NCBI GenBank assembly: GCA_964433885.1
Contig: CAYSTC010000009.1
Span: forward strand, 55,294-119,293
Reading direction: 5' to 3'
Source: an uncultured Paludibacter sp.
Lineage (GTDB): Bacteria; Bacteroidota; Bacteroidia; Bacteroidales; Paludibacteraceae
Length of the DNA stretch: 64,000 bases
Shown here: positions 28,393-39,383 of the stretch, piece by piece
Position numbering within the stretch: position 1 is the first letter of the stretch
Layout of the letters: the number at the start of each line of letters is the position of its first letter
Made by a program: the position numbers and the translations under genes
The notes under the pieces: generated by a model
What the model was told of the DNA's origin: nothing
Databases searched by the model: none
What the model saw: the letters and a program-made list of their open reading frames with translations, nothing else

Positions 28393-28427
28393 AAAAGCAC
28401 CTGTTCTCAATGAATATGGTGCTTTTT
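28393..28427 (+). terminator. Intrinsic terminator after gldJ
   Basis: AAAAGCACC..GGTGCTTTT. Confidence 0.6.
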
Positions 28428-28523
28428 GTTTTTGGTTAGGTTGATTTTCCAATGGAAATTAGTACTTTTGCGGTCTGAAAATTTCTTTTTGATATTTTAC
28501 AAATCTCAATAAATTGAACATAA

Positions 28524-29921
28524 ATGAGCAGAACTATTATTGTAGATGCACTTAAAAGAACAGACTTTGGTGCAGAAGTGACTATAAAAGGTTGGGTAAG
28601 GACCCGGCGTGGTAACAAAAACGTTAGCTTTATAGCGTTAAACGATGGTTCAACTATTCATAATATCCAGGTTGTAGCAGACATAGAAAAATTTGGCGAT
28701 GAGTATCTGAAACCTGTTACAACAGGTGCGTGTCTGTGTGTCACCGGAAAATTGGTTGAATCGCTCGGTCAGGGGCAGAGTGTGGAAGTGCAGGCCGATA
28801 AAATTGAAATTTACGGCACTGCCGATCCGGAAAGTTATCCGTTGCAGAAAAAAGGACATACGCTCGAATTCCTGCGCGAAATTGCTCACCTTCGCCCGCG
28901 CACCAATACGTTTGGAGCCGTTTTCCGTATTCGTCACCACATGGCTATGGCTATTCACCGGTTCTTTCACGATCGTGGATTTTTCTATTTCCATACGCCA
29001 ATTATAACTGCTTCGGATTGCGAGGGGGCCGGACAAATGTTCCAGGTAACAACCATGAACCTGTATGATCTGAAAAAAGATGAGAGCGGATCTATTATTT
29101 ATGATAATGACTTCTTTGGGAAACAGGCCAGTTTGACGGTTTCGGGGCAACTTGAAGGGGAATTGGCGGCTATGTCAATGGGTTCTATTTATACGTTTGG
29201 GCCTACATTCCGTGCCGAAAACTCAAATACTCCGCGTCACCTTTCGGAATTTTGGATGATTGAGCCTGAAGTGGCTTTCAACGAAATAGAAGAAAATATG
29301 CAGTTGGCTCAGGATTTTATTCAATACTGCGTGAAATGGGCGCTTGACAATTGTCAGGATGATTTGAAGTTTCTGACCAATATGTATGATAAAGAATTGA
29401 TTGAAAGATTAAATTTTGTCATTGAAAATGATTTTAAACGGCTCACATATACTGAAGGTATCGAGATTCTGGAAGCAGCAGTTGCTAAAGGGCAGAAATT
29501 TGAATTCCCGGTAGGTTGGGGAACTGACCTCCAATCAGAACATGAACGTTATCTGGTGGAACAACACTTCAAGAAACCGGTAATCCTGACCGATTATCCA
29601 AAAGAAATTAAATCGTTTTACATGAAGCAAAACGATGATGGGAAAACAGTTCGTGCAATGGATGTTTTGTTCCCTAAGATTGGTGAAATTATCGGAGGCT
29701 CGCAACGTGAGGAAGATTACGAAAAACTGAAAAAACGGGCTGAAGAAATGGGTGTGCCTACAAAGGATATCTGGTGGTATTTGGAAACCCGTAAATTCGG
29801 AACGGCTCCACACTCCGGATTTGGGCTGGGCTTCGAGCGCTTGTTGTTGTTCGTAACCGGAATGTCGAATATTCGTGACGTAATTCCTTTTCCACGTACA
29901 CCGAACAATGCAGAGTTCTGA
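28524..29921 (+). CDS. asnS: Asparagine--tRNA ligase
   Basis: [50 protein letters not shown]. Confidence 0.97.
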   Translation: MSRTIIVDALKRTDFGAEVTIKGWVRTRRGNKNVSFIALNDGSTIHNIQVVADIEKFGDEYLKPVTTGACLCVTGKLVESLGQGQSVEVQADKIEIYGTADPESYPLQKKGHTLEFLREIAHLRPRTNTFGAVFRIRHHMAMAIHRFFHDRGFFYFHTPIITASDCEGAGQMFQVTTMNLYDLKKDESGSIIYDNDFFGKQASLTVSGQLEGELAAMSMGSIYTFGPTFRAENSNTPRHLSEFWMIEPEVAFNEIEENMQLAQDFIQYCVKWALDNCQDDLKFLTNMYDKELIERLNFVIENDFKRLTYTEGIEILEAAVAKGQKFEFPVGWGTDLQSEHERYLVEQHFKKPVILTDYPKEIKSFYMKQNDDGKTVRAMDVLFPKIGEIIGGSQREEDYEKLKKRAEEMGVPTKDIWWYLETRKFGTAPHSGFGLGFERLLLFVTGMSNIRDVIPFPRTPNNAEF

Positions 29922-30204
29922 TTTGTTATTTCAACCGACTATTATTTTAGAATAATTCGCCGGCTGAAAAATAACTGCTTGTTTGACAATTTTTCAGTTG
30001 CAGTGTGATCTGCAATTCTAAATTGTCAGACAAGCAATTTTAATAAATCGGAGGTTGGTTGAATAAAAATACAGCCAAAGTTGCAAAAACCAGCTAAAAA
30101 AGATAGTTTATGCATGTTTAGGTTAATAAAATTGCAGTTTTAACTTACAATGTGTATATTTGCAAGCATTGAAAATTTATAGTGTATATTTATAAAATTA
30201 GAAA

Positions 30205-32049
30205 ATGGATAAAACGAAAACAACCGAATTGGATAATGTAGTTGTGCGTTTCTCGGGCGACTCCGGGGATGGTATGCAGCTTACCGGAACACTTTTTTCC
30301 AATCTTTCGGCCATTTTAGGAAATGAGATTTCAACATTTCCCGATTTCCCTTCAGAAATTCGCGCTCCGCAAGGGACCTTAGGAGGCGTGTCAGGATTTC
30401 AGGTACATTTAGGCTCCAGTAAAATCTATACACCAGGTGACGATGCCGATGTATTAGTGGTAATGAACCCCGCCGCATTAAAGGTAAACGCCAAAGGAAT
30501 TAAAAAAGGCGGAGTTATTATTTACGACGTGGATTCGTTTGAGAAATCTGATTTTGAAAAAGCCGGATTTAAAACCGAAAATCCGTTTGAGGAACTGTCC
30601 ATTTCAGACACCATACAACTTATTCCGGCACCTCTGTCTACCCTTACACAAAGCAGTTTGGATGGATTCGGATTTGATAATAAAACTGTATTGCGGAGCA
30701 AAAACATGTTTGCATTGGGGCTTATTTGCTGGTTGTTCAACCGGCCAATAGATCAGGCTATACATTTCCTGCAAAACAAATTCAGCAAGAAACCAACTAT
30801 TTTGGAGGCAAACGTGAAAGTGTTGACCGATGGTTTCAATTACGGAAATAATCTGCATTTGACGATTTCGACTTATTTTGTAGAAAAATCGCACGAAACG
30901 CCGAAAGGAAAATATACCAGCATAAGCGGAAATAAAGCGACTGCCTGGGGATTGATTGCAGCTGCTAAAAAGGCAGGTCTGGAACTGTTCCTGGGAAGTT
31001 ACCCGATTACTCCGGCCACCGATATCATGCATGAGCTTTCGTTGCGCAAGGACATGGGGGTAAAAGTGGTTCAGGCCGAAGATGAAATTGCCGGTATCAC
31101 CACTTCCATTGGAGCAGCATTTGCCGGAAGTTTGGCTGCTACCAATACTTCAGGTCCGGGACTGGCTTTAAAGTCGGAAGCCATTGGCCTGGCAGTAATG
31201 GCCGAATTACCCATTGTAATTATTGACGTAATGCGCGGTGGTCCTTCGACCGGTATGCCAACTAAAACTGAGCAAACCGATCTGTTGCAGGCTCTTTACG
31301 GTCGTAACGGCGAAAGTCCTGCAGTGGTAATGGCTGCCGGAACCCCGGATGATTGTTTCCACTATGCCTATATGGCGAGTAAAATTGCCTTGGAACACAT
31401 GACTCCGGTCATTCTGCTTACCGATGCCTTTATCGGAAACGGGACATCGCTATGGAAGCTTCCTAAATTGGCAGAATTGCCCGAGATAAAACCAAATTAT
31501 GTGAAGCCGGGCATGGAAGGTTGTAAAGTTACTGCCCGCGATGAGGAGACGAAAGTGCGCTACTGGAGCATTCCGGGCATGGAAGGCTTTGGGCACCGCA
31601 ATGGCGGACTCGAAAAGGATTATGAAACCGGTTGCATTTCTACAGAGCCGCTTAACCACGAAAAGATGGTGAATGCCCGTCAGGCCAAGGTAGAATATAT
31701 CAGTAATTTCCTGCCTGATGTAACTGTAGAAGGAAATGCTGATGCAGATATGCTTGTTATCGGTTGGGGTGGAACACACGGACACCTGATGAGTGCGGTG
31801 AATAATTTGAATAAAGCTGGTAAAAAAATTGCACTGGCGCACTTTAATTATATCAACCCACTGCCTAAAAATGCGGTAGAAGTGATTCAGAAATATAAGA
31901 AAGTGGTAGTTTGTGAACTGAATAGTGGTCAGTTTGCCACTTTCCTTCGTTCGAAAGTTCCCGGTGTGGAATTCTTGCAATACAACAAAGTACAGGGACA
32001 ACCGTTTACGGTGGCTGAACTGGAAAATGATTTCAGTGAATTAATGTGA
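30205..32049 (+). CDS. korA: 2-oxoacid:ferredoxin oxidoreductase alpha subunit
   Basis: GDSGDGMQL, YPITPA, QAEDEIAG, TSGPG, RGGPSTGMPT. Confidence 0.92.
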   Translation: MDKTKTTELDNVVVRFSGDSGDGMQLTGTLFSNLSAILGNEISTFPDFPSEIRAPQGTLGGVSGFQVHLGSSKIYTPGDDADVLVVMNPAALKVNAKGIKKGGVIIYDVDSFEKSDFEKAGFKTENPFEELSISDTIQLIPAPLSTLTQSSLDGFGFDNKTVLRSKNMFALGLICWLFNRPIDQAIHFLQNKFSKKPTILEANVKVLTDGFNYGNNLHLTISTYFVEKSHETPKGKYTSISGNKATAWGLIAAAKKAGLELFLGSYPITPATDIMHELSLRKDMGVKVVQAEDEIAGITTSIGAAFAGSLAATNTSGPGLALKSEAIGLAVMAELPIVIIDVMRGGPSTGMPTKTEQTDLLQALYGRNGESPAVVMAAGTPDDCFHYAYMASKIALEHMTPVILLTDAFIGNGTSLWKLPKLAELPEIKPNYVKPGMEGCKVTARDEETKVRYWSIPGMEGFGHRNGGLEKDYETGCISTEPLNHEKMVNARQAKVEYISNFLPDVTVEGNADADMLVIGWGGTHGHLMSAVNNLNKAGKKIALAHFNYINPLPKNAVEVIQKYKKVVVCELNSGQFATFLRSKVPGVEFLQYNKVQGQPFTVAELENDFSELM

Positions 32050-32090
32050 TAACCCCATACTTGTATCAGGAATTAAAAAAGAATCAAATT

Positions 32091-33116
32091 ATGGAAACTA
32101 CAGAAACAAAATCAATATTATATACTGCCAAAGATTTTAAAAGTGATCAGTATGTTCGCTGGTGCCCGGGTTGCGGTGACTATGCTGTGCTGAATTCATT
32201 GCAAAAAGTGATGGCAGACCTTGGCGTTGCGCCACATGATACAGCCGTTATCTCTGGTATCGGATGTTCATCCCGTTTGCCTTATTATACAAGCAGCTAC
32301 GGATTTCACACTATTCACGGGCGTGGAGCAGCAGTGGCAACAGGGGTGAAGGTGGCCAATCCTAAACTTACCGTTTGGCAAATTACAGGCGATGGCGACT
32401 GCCTTGCTATTGGTGGAAATCACTTTATTCACAGTGTTCGTCGTAATGTAGATATAAACGTGCTTCTTTTCAATAACCAGATCTATGGTTTGACAAAAGG
32501 CCAATATTCTCCGACGACTAAAAAAGGATTTGTAACCAAGTCATCCCCATTCGGAACGGTTGAGCGTCCTTTCCGTCCGGCAGAACTTACGCTGGGTGCC
32601 CGTGGGACTTTCTTCGGACGTTTACTGGATGTAGACCTTAAAAATGCTCAGGCTACTATGTTGGCAGCGGCTAAACATAAAGGAACTTCGGTGGTGGAAT
32701 GTCTGGTAAACTGCGTTATTTTTAATGATGGTGCTCACAATTGGCTAGCCGAAAAGGAAACACGTGCTGACCGCATTATTTTCCTGGAACATGGCAAACC
32801 CATGATTTTCGGGAAAGAGCGAAACAGGGGTCTTGTTCTGGAAGGGTTCAGCCTGAAGGTGGTTACTATTGGCGAAAACGGGGTAACGGAATCAGATGTT
32901 CTGGTTCATGATGCTACCTGTGCCGATGCAACCTTGCAAACCAAACTAGCCATGATGGAAGGTCCTGAATTGCCAATTGCTATGGGAGTTATCCGTGCAG
33001 TGGAAGAAGAAACGTACGATGCTGCAGTGGAAGCTCAAATTGAAGAAATACAAGTAACTGCCAAGATTAAAACTTTTGATGACCTGATTGACTCGTGTGA
33101 GCAGTGGGAAATGTAA
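32091..33116 (+). CDS. korB: 2-oxoacid:ferredoxin oxidoreductase beta subunit
   Basis: WCPGCGD, SGIGCSS, HGR, GDGD, NNQIYGLTKGQYSPT. Start METTE at 32091 (alternative 32046). Confidence 0.92.
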   Translation: METTETKSILYTAKDFKSDQYVRWCPGCGDYAVLNSLQKVMADLGVAPHDTAVISGIGCSSRLPYYTSSYGFHTIHGRGAAVATGVKVANPKLTVWQITGDGDCLAIGGNHFIHSVRRNVDINVLLFNNQIYGLTKGQYSPTTKKGFVTKSSPFGTVERPFRPAELTLGARGTFFGRLLDVDLKNAQATMLAAAKHKGTSVVECLVNCVIFNDGAHNWLAEKETRADRIIFLEHGKPMIFGKERNRGLVLEGFSLKVVTIGENGVTESDVLVHDATCADATLQTKLAMMEGPELPIAMGVIRAVEEETYDAAVEAQIEEIQVTAKIKTFDDLIDSCEQWEM

Positions 33117-33141
33117 TTAATATTGTTTTCTAAATAAATGA

Positions 33142-33175
33142 GAAGAGGATGTCTTGTGCAAAGGCATCCTCTTTT
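33142..33175 (+). terminator. Intrinsic terminator after korB
   Basis: AAGAGGATGTCTT..AAGGCATCCTCTT followed by Ts. Confidence 0.75.
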
Positions 33176-33257
33176 ACTATGCATTTCTATAGCAGTAATT
33201 CAACAATAAGTTGATAAATTGCTTATTTTTGTACCGAATATCTAAAAAAAATAAGAG

Positions 33258-33776
33258 ATGAAAAACGTATTCATAGCATTTGCATTGCTGATTTCATGTA
33301 TTACTATGGCACAAAACAAGGACGACCGTGGCTATTTGGTGAAGGTGGGTGATATAGCCCCGGATTTCAGTATGAAACTAACGAGTGGAAAAACGGTTAA
33401 GCTATCGGATTTGCATGGAAAAATAGTCATGCTTCAGTTTACGGCCAGTTGGTGTAGCGTTTGCCGGAAAGAAATGCCTTTTATAGAGCGTGATATCTGG
33501 CAAAAACACAAGGCTAATCCGAACTTTGCTTTGTTAGCTATTGATCGCGACGAGCCGCTTGAAACGGTGAATCGCTTTGCGAAGGCCATCCCCATTACTT
33601 ATCCCATTGGATTGGATCCGCAGGCTGATATTTTTGCTCTCTATGCTAACCGTGAAGCCGGAGTTACACGTAATGTCATTATCGATAAAACAGGGAAAAT
33701 CATTCTCCTGACGAGATTGTATAACGAAGAGGAATTCAGGAGAATGACCGACTTGCTGGATTCGGTGCTGAAATAG
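33258..33776 (+). CDS. TlpA/ResA-family thiol-disulfide oxidoreductase
   Basis: Signal peptide, GDIAPDF, FTASWCSVC..EMP. Confidence 0.85.
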   Translation: MKNVFIAFALLISCITMAQNKDDRGYLVKVGDIAPDFSMKLTSGKTVKLSDLHGKIVMLQFTASWCSVCRKEMPFIERDIWQKHKANPNFALLAIDRDEPLETVNRFAKAIPITYPIGLDPQADIFALYANREAGVTRNVIIDKTGKIILLTRLYNEEEFRRMTDLLDSVLK

Positions 33777-33792
33777 GGAGGCATTAAACATT

Positions 33793-33843
33793 AAAAAAGG
33801 CTTTATTCAAATGAAATTACAACATTTGAATAAAGCCTTTTTT
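33793..33843. terminator. Bidirectional terminator between convergent genes
   Basis: Perfect 21-bp arms AAAAAAGGCTTTATTCAAATG / CATTTGAATAAAGCCTTTTTT. Confidence 0.85.
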
Positions 33844-33907
33844 ATTTATTTATATGGTGGAAAGCTATCGTATTCTTACCTCTTACTGTTTACTTCTTGC
33901 CGCTCCA

Positions 33908-35746
33908 TTAAAACGATTGCATGTCGCAAAGACGTTTGTAATAACCCTCCAGGGCAATCAACTCATCGTGCTTGCCACGTTCAACAATTTTGCCTTCGTG
34001 CAATACACAGATTTCATCCGCTTTTTTAATAGTTGAGAGCCTGTGTGCTACCACCAGTGTGGTGCGGTTTAGCATTAGGTTTTCGAGCGCTTCCTGAACC
34101 ATTTTTTCCGATTCGGTGTCGAGGGCCGAGGTGGCTTCGTCCAAAATCAGAATGGGTGGATTTTTTAGTATGGCACGGGCAATACTTATACGCTGCCGTT
34201 GTCCGCCCGAGAGTTTGCTTCCGCGGTCTCCAATGGTCGATTCATATCCATTATCTGTAGCCATAATGAAATCATGGGCGTTTGCAATTTTTGCTGCCTC
34301 CATTACCTGTTCCAGCGTGGCATTTTCCACACCAAAAGCAATGTTATTGAAAATTGTATCATTAAACAGAATAGCCTCCTGATTTACATTTCCCATGAGC
34401 GAGCGCAGGTCATGAGTGCGGTATTTTTTTATGTCGATACCATCAAGCAGGATTTCGCCTTTGTTGGGATCGTAATAACGGGGCAACAAATCCACCAGTG
34501 TTGATTTGCCCGAACCGGACTGGCCGACTAAAGCTACTGTTTTTCCTTTCGGAACGGATAGGTTGATGTCCCGCAACACCCAATGACTGTGATACTTGAA
34601 GCTTAAATTGCGAAACTCGATTTTGTCCGAGAATGGTTTAAGCGTTTCCGGGCTTTGGGGATCTTTAATGGTGTTTTCACTTTGAAGAATTTTGTCGATA
34701 CGATCCAGTGAAGCCATTCCTTTATTAATACTATAGGATGCTTTTGATAAATCCTTAGATGGCGGAATGATATTGTAAAAAATGAGAATGTAATAGATAA
34801 ATTCCGCAGCACTAATGCCACCCTGATTATTTAAAATAAGTACGCCACCAAACCACAGAAGAATAGCAATTACAATTGTACCTAACAGTTCACTTACCGG
34901 ATGAGCCAGATTGAAACGACGGTTGATCCGGTTAAATGTTTTGCGAATCCGTTCGTTTTGTAGCGCAAAGCGAGTTTGTAGTTTATGCTCAGCATTAAAT
35001 GCTTTAACTACGCGTAAACCGCCCAGAGTTTCTTCCATCTGCGAAAGTAATTCACCTGTTTGTTCCTGGCCTAAGGTGGATCTTCGTCTCAATGACTTTC
35101 CGGTTTTACCAATTAACCAACCACTGAATGGAAGTAGAAGTAGCACAAAAAGCGTCAATTCCCAGCTCATTACAAACATGACTATCAGATAACCCAGAAT
35201 AAGTATTGGATTTTTAAAAATCATATCCAATGAGCTCATTATGGATGCCTCAACTTCAGTAACATCACCCATCATGCGCGACATAATATCGCCCTTGCGT
35301 TCGGCAGTGAAAAAACCGATGGGAAGACTTACAATTTTTTTGTACAATGAGTTTCGTAGGTCGCTCACTACTCCTGTACGAATTGGTATCATATAGTACG
35401 AACCCATATAGGCTGTGCCAACTTTTAAAGCAGTCATAAGAATTAAAAAACCGCCAATATAAAGCAATGCCGGGCCGGGTCCTACATTTGCAATAAATTC
35501 CTGTAAATAATATGATACATTGTTTGCAAAGGCTTTGGCAATGGTTTCAAATTTATCGCTCCATTCCCAGGGTTTGTATACTGTGACAGCTGTTTCTATT
35601 TTGAAAAGAATTCTTAAAACAGGAATGACAGCCGCATATGTAAACAAGCTAAATACCATTGTGGAAATATTGAATATAAAGCACAACAGTACGTATCTTT
35701 TATAGGGCGGTACAAACCGTTTCAGGAGGGTTGCAAATTTGAACAT
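33908..35746 (-). CDS. MsbA-like ABC exporter (fused TMD-NBD)
   Basis: TM domain plus GQSGSGKST, LSGGQRQR, ILDEATSALD, AHRLST. Confidence 0.88.
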   Translation of the reverse strand: MFKFATLLKRFVPPYKRYVLLCFIFNISTMVFSLFTYAAVIPVLRILFKIETAVTVYKPWEWSDKFETIAKAFANNVSYYLQEFIANVGPGPALLYIGGFLILMTALKVGTAYMGSYYMIPIRTGVVSDLRNSLYKKIVSLPIGFFTAERKGDIMSRMMGDVTEVEASIMSSLDMIFKNPILILGYLIVMFVMSWELTLFVLLLLPFSGWLIGKTGKSLRRRSTLGQEQTGELLSQMEETLGGLRVVKAFNAEHKLQTRFALQNERIRKTFNRINRRFNLAHPVSELLGTIVIAILLWFGGVLILNNQGGISAAEFIYYILIFYNIIPPSKDLSKASYSINKGMASLDRIDKILQSENTIKDPQSPETLKPFSDKIEFRNLSFKYHSHWVLRDINLSVPKGKTVALVGQSGSGKSTLVDLLPRYYDPNKGEILLDGIDIKKYRTHDLRSLMGNVNQEAILFNDTIFNNIAFGVENATLEQVMEAAKIANAHDFIMATDNGYESTIGDRGSKLSGGQRQRISIARAILKNPPILILDEATSALDTESEKMVQEALENLMLNRTTLVVAHRLSTIKKADEICVLHEGKIVERGKHDELIALEGYYKRLCDMQSF

Positions 35747-35855
35747 AAATTATAAATGTAATGTAAAACTTAAAGCCATAGCTAATTAAAAAGAAAGAGG
35801 CAAACTGGAGTAAAAATTAATGCTTACTCCATGCCTCTTACTGCTTATTTATGGA

Positions 35856-37199
35856 TTAAACTCCGGTGTAATTGCGTGGTGTAATGCGTTTTAGCTCTTC
35901 TTTAACCGATTGGCTGACATCCAGTGTTTCAATAAAATCACGGATTGATTTTTCTGTAATCCCTTCGTTTGTACGAGTTAATGCTTTCAGTGCTTCGTAT
36001 GGAGCCGGATAAGCCTCGCGGCGAAGGATAGTCTGGATTCCTTCGGCAACCACGGCCCAGGTATTATCCAAATCGCGGTAAATAGCTGTTTCGTTCAAAA
36101 GCAGTTTATTCATTCCTTTCAAGATGCTTTGGGTTGCAATCAGCGTATGTGCAAAAGGCACGCCCACATTGCGCAAAACAGTGCTGTCGGTAAGGTCGCG
36201 TTGCAAGCGAGAAACGGGAAGTTTTCCGGCCAAAAATTCAAATGAAGCATTGGCAATTGCCAGGTTTCCTTCTGCATTTTCGAAGTCAATTGGGTTTACC
36301 TTGTGTGGCATAGCCGATGAGCCAACCTCGCCTGCTTTGATTTTTTGCTTGAAGTATTCCATCGAAACATAGGTCCAAATGTCGCGGCAAAAATCAATAA
36401 GGATGGTGTTGATGCGTTTCATGGCGTCGAACTGGCCGGCCAGATTGTCGTAGTTGGAGATTTGGGTAGTCCATTGCTCACGTTCAAGCCCAAGCTTTCC
36501 AGCAACAAACTTATTTCCGAAATTTTTCCAGTCGATAGAAGGATATGCAACGGCGTGCGCGTTGAAGTTTCCGGTTGCACCACCGAATTTAGCAGAGTTT
36601 GGAGTTTGTTTTAAAATAGCCAGCTGTTGGTTCAATCGGTTCACGAAAACCATCATTTCTTTACCTAAGCGGGTTGGTGAAGCTGGTTGTCCGTGGGTTT
36701 TTGCCAGCATGGATACGTCGCGCCATTCGTCAACCAAATGCGTAAGGCCTTGTACCAACGTGTCCATTTCCGGATAGTAAACATTTGCCAATGCATCTTT
36801 AATAGACAATGGAACTGCCGTATTGTTAATGTCCTGGGATGTTAATCCGAAGTGGATAAATTCTTTGAATGCTTCAAGGCCGAGTAGATCAAACTTCTTT
36901 TTTACAAAATACTCGATTGCTTTTACGTCGTGATTGGTAACGCTTTCAATTTCTTTAATTTTCAAAGCATCAACTTCAGAGAAATCAGTATATATGGCCC
37001 GTAATTTTGGGAAAACCGATACAGGAACCTGTTCCAGTTGTTTCAATGGAATTTCGCATAATGCAATAAAATATTCAATTTCCACCAATACGCGGTAACG
37101 CATTAATGCATATTCAGAAAAGTATGCTGCGTATGACTCGGTTTTGGTACGATAGCGTCCATCGACAGGGGAAATTGCGGTCAGAAGAGATAAATTCAT
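35856..37199 (-). CDS. purB: Adenylosuccinate lyase
   Basis: SPVDGRY, TNHDVKA, HFGLTSQD, GSSAMPHKVNPIDFEN, RLQRDLTDST. Confidence 0.96.
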   Translation of the reverse strand: MNLSLLTAISPVDGRYRTKTESYAAYFSEYALMRYRVLVEIEYFIALCEIPLKQLEQVPVSVFPKLRAIYTDFSEVDALKIKEIESVTNHDVKAIEYFVKKKFDLLGLEAFKEFIHFGLTSQDINNTAVPLSIKDALANVYYPEMDTLVQGLTHLVDEWRDVSMLAKTHGQPASPTRLGKEMMVFVNRLNQQLAILKQTPNSAKFGGATGNFNAHAVAYPSIDWKNFGNKFVAGKLGLEREQWTTQISNYDNLAGQFDAMKRINTILIDFCRDIWTYVSMEYFKQKIKAGEVGSSAMPHKVNPIDFENAEGNLAIANASFEFLAGKLPVSRLQRDLTDSTVLRNVGVPFAHTLIATQSILKGMNKLLLNETAIYRDLDNTWAVVAEGIQTILRREAYPAPYEALKALTRTNEGITEKSIRDFIETLDVSQSVKEELKRITPRNYTGV

Positions 37200-37416
37200 A
37201 AAGAGTCTTTTTGTTGTTTTGCTGATTATTAACTAAGCCTTAATCGCTTTAAATTAAGCTGCAAAGTTAATCAATTCTGTCGGATTAGAAAAGTTTCTGC
37301 CCCTCACTTGCAGCACTGATTCTTTTTCTATACTTTTGTTTTGCATTAAGCGGGCAAATCGCCCGGAGGACGGAAATAATTCAGGCGTTGAGAGCCATTT
37401 TTAGAAAAACACAATA

Positions 37417-38091
37417 ATGAGATACGTTAGAATACATAAGGAAGGTAGATTGATTTTAATAGCATTAGCTTTAGTCATATTTTTCTTAAATTTATACATA
37501 TTGACTAATTTTACATTTGGTATTTTCCCAATTATCAATATCATTGTATCTGCCTTATTGTTATCTTTCTTTGCATATTTCTTCCGAAATCCGCCCCGTA
37601 AGGTTTATATCGATGATCCGAGCCTTGTTGTTGCTCCGGCCGATGGAACTGTGGTAGTGGTAGAGCCAACCGATGAGTTGGAATATTTCGGCGATAAACG
37701 TATTCAGGTTTCCATTTTTATGTCGGTTTTCAATGTACATGCCAATTGGTATCCGATTAAAGGAACCGTTATCAAATCTATTCACCACAGCGGCCGTCAC
37801 ATGGCGGCTTTTCTTCCCAAATCGAGTACTGAAAACGAACGGTCCACAGTGATTATCGAATCAGAAGGTAAAACGCAGATTCTGGTACGTCAGATTGCCG
37901 GAGCATTGGCACGTCGTATTGTAACGTATGCTCATGCCGGAAAGAAATGCCATCTGAACGAGCATTTGGGTTTTATAAAATTTGGCTCACGGGTGGATTT
38001 ATATTTTCCTCTTGATACAGAAATTTTCGTGCAAGTTGGCGAATCAACCACTGGAAACGAAACTGTAATTGCCCGCCTAAACGAAGATTAA
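37417..38091 (+). CDS. psd: Phosphatidylserine decarboxylase proenzyme
   Basis: FFRNP, APADG, IFMSVFNVH, NER, QIAG..ARRI, KFGSRVD cleavage motif. Confidence 0.92.
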   Translation: MRYVRIHKEGRLILIALALVIFFLNLYILTNFTFGIFPIINIIVSALLLSFFAYFFRNPPRKVYIDDPSLVVAPADGTVVVVEPTDELEYFGDKRIQVSIFMSVFNVHANWYPIKGTVIKSIHHSGRHMAAFLPKSSTENERSTVIIESEGKTQILVRQIAGALARRIVTYAHAGKKCHLNEHLGFIKFGSRVDLYFPLDTEIFVQVGESTTGNETVIARLNED

Positions 38092-38421
38092 ATGACTATC
38101 CGTGATGCTCAAAACCAGGTGGACGAGTGGATTAAAACCTATGGAGTCCGGTATTTTGGCGAGTTGACCAACATGGCCATTCTGACTGAAGAAGTTGGCG
38201 AACTGGCGCGGGTTATATCCCGGACTTACGGTGAACAATCTTTCAAAAAATCTGACAAGGAAGCTAATCTGGCCGACGAAATGGCCGATGTGCTTTGGGT
38301 GCTGATTTGTCTTGCCAATCAAACCGGTGTGGATCTCACCGAAGCTTTTGAAAAAAATATGAGAAAGAAAACAGATCGCGACAGCACCCGGCATCTGGAA
38401 AACGACAAACTCAGTCAATAG
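38092..38421 (+). CDS. MazG-like nucleotide pyrophosphohydrolase
   Basis: LTEEVGELAR, EMADVLWVL..LAN..GVDL. Confidence 0.9.
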   Translation: MTIRDAQNQVDEWIKTYGVRYFGELTNMAILTEEVGELARVISRTYGEQSFKKSDKEANLADEMADVLWVLICLANQTGVDLTEAFEKNMRKKTDRDSTRHLENDKLSQ

Positions 38422-38504
38422 TTTATAAGCACATAATTCTGTGCGTTTTAAACTGTCTCAATCAACCTTTTCGAATCAACTAATCTCCAATTAACTCTTA
38501 GTAT

Positions 38505-39383
38505 ATGAGCAAATTCGAAGACCTATTTAAGCAATATAATTGCAATATAAAAGATGAGAGCGTAAAACAAGACGTAGAAAAAATTCTTTCTGCGCATTAT
38601 GCCGAAAACGATAATGCCAAAGTTTACAAACAGTGTCTTAGCCAGATAGATCTGACTTCGCTTAACGGGACTGACACCCACGCAGAAATCATTTCAATGG
38701 TAGAAAAGGTGAATGATTTCAAAACAGCATTCCCTGAATTACCAAATGTAGCAGCAGTTTGCGTTTATCCGTCTTTGGTTTCAGTTGTAAGGGATCATTT
38801 GACCGAAAATGTGGGAATTGCTTCTGTTGCAGCTGGATTCCCTGCTTCGCAGACTTTTATCGAAGTAAAAGTAGCCGAAACAGCAATGGCTGTTATGGAA
38901 GGTGCTACCGAAATTGATGTGGTTATTTCTATCGGCAAATTTTTGGAAGGCAACTACCAGGAAGTATACGAAGAACTTTCGGAACTCAAAGCTACCTGTC
39001 GCGACGCTCATTTGAAAGTGATTCTGGAAACCGGAGCGTTGCAAACAGCCTCTAATATCAAAAAAGCAGCCATTCTGGCAATGGCATCGGGCGCTGATTT
39101 TATTAAAACTTCAACGGGCAAAATCCCGGTAGCTGCCACTTTGGAAGCAACTTACGTGATGTGTAAAGCAATAAAGGAATGGAATGAAAAAACCGGAGCA
39201 AAGGTTAGCTACAAACCTGCCGGTGGAATTGTAACCACCGAAGATGCCGTTAAGCATTACACGTTGGTAAAAGAAATCCTGGGAGATGAGTGGTTGAATA
39301 ATACCATGTTCCGCTTTGGAGCAAGCCGCTTAGCTAATAATTTGCTAAGTTCGATCGAAGGAAAAGAAGTGAAGTATTTTTAA
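38505..39383 (+). CDS. deoC: Deoxyribose-phosphate aldolase
   Basis: IDLTSL, AAVCVYP, GATEIDVV, LKVILETG, DFIKTSTGK, KPAGG, RFGAS. Confidence 0.95.
   Translation: MSKFEDLFKQYNCNIKDESVKQDVEKILSAHYAENDNAKVYKQCLSQIDLTSLNGTDTHAEIISMVEKVNDFKTAFPELPNVAAVCVYPSLVSVVRDHLTENVGIASVAAGFPASQTFIEVKVAETAMAVMEGATEIDVVISIGKFLEGNYQEVYEELSELKATCRDAHLKVILETGALQTASNIKKAAILAMASGADFIKTSTGKIPVAATLEATYVMCKAIKEWNEKTGAKVSYKPAGGIVTTEDAVKHYTLVKEILGDEWLNNTMFRFGASRLANNLLSSIEGKEVKYF

Noticed and set aside
38451..38497. Another 8-nt repeat arm (aatcaac-like units) before deoC
   Set aside because: Spacing is irregular and there are too few units to distinguish from chance.
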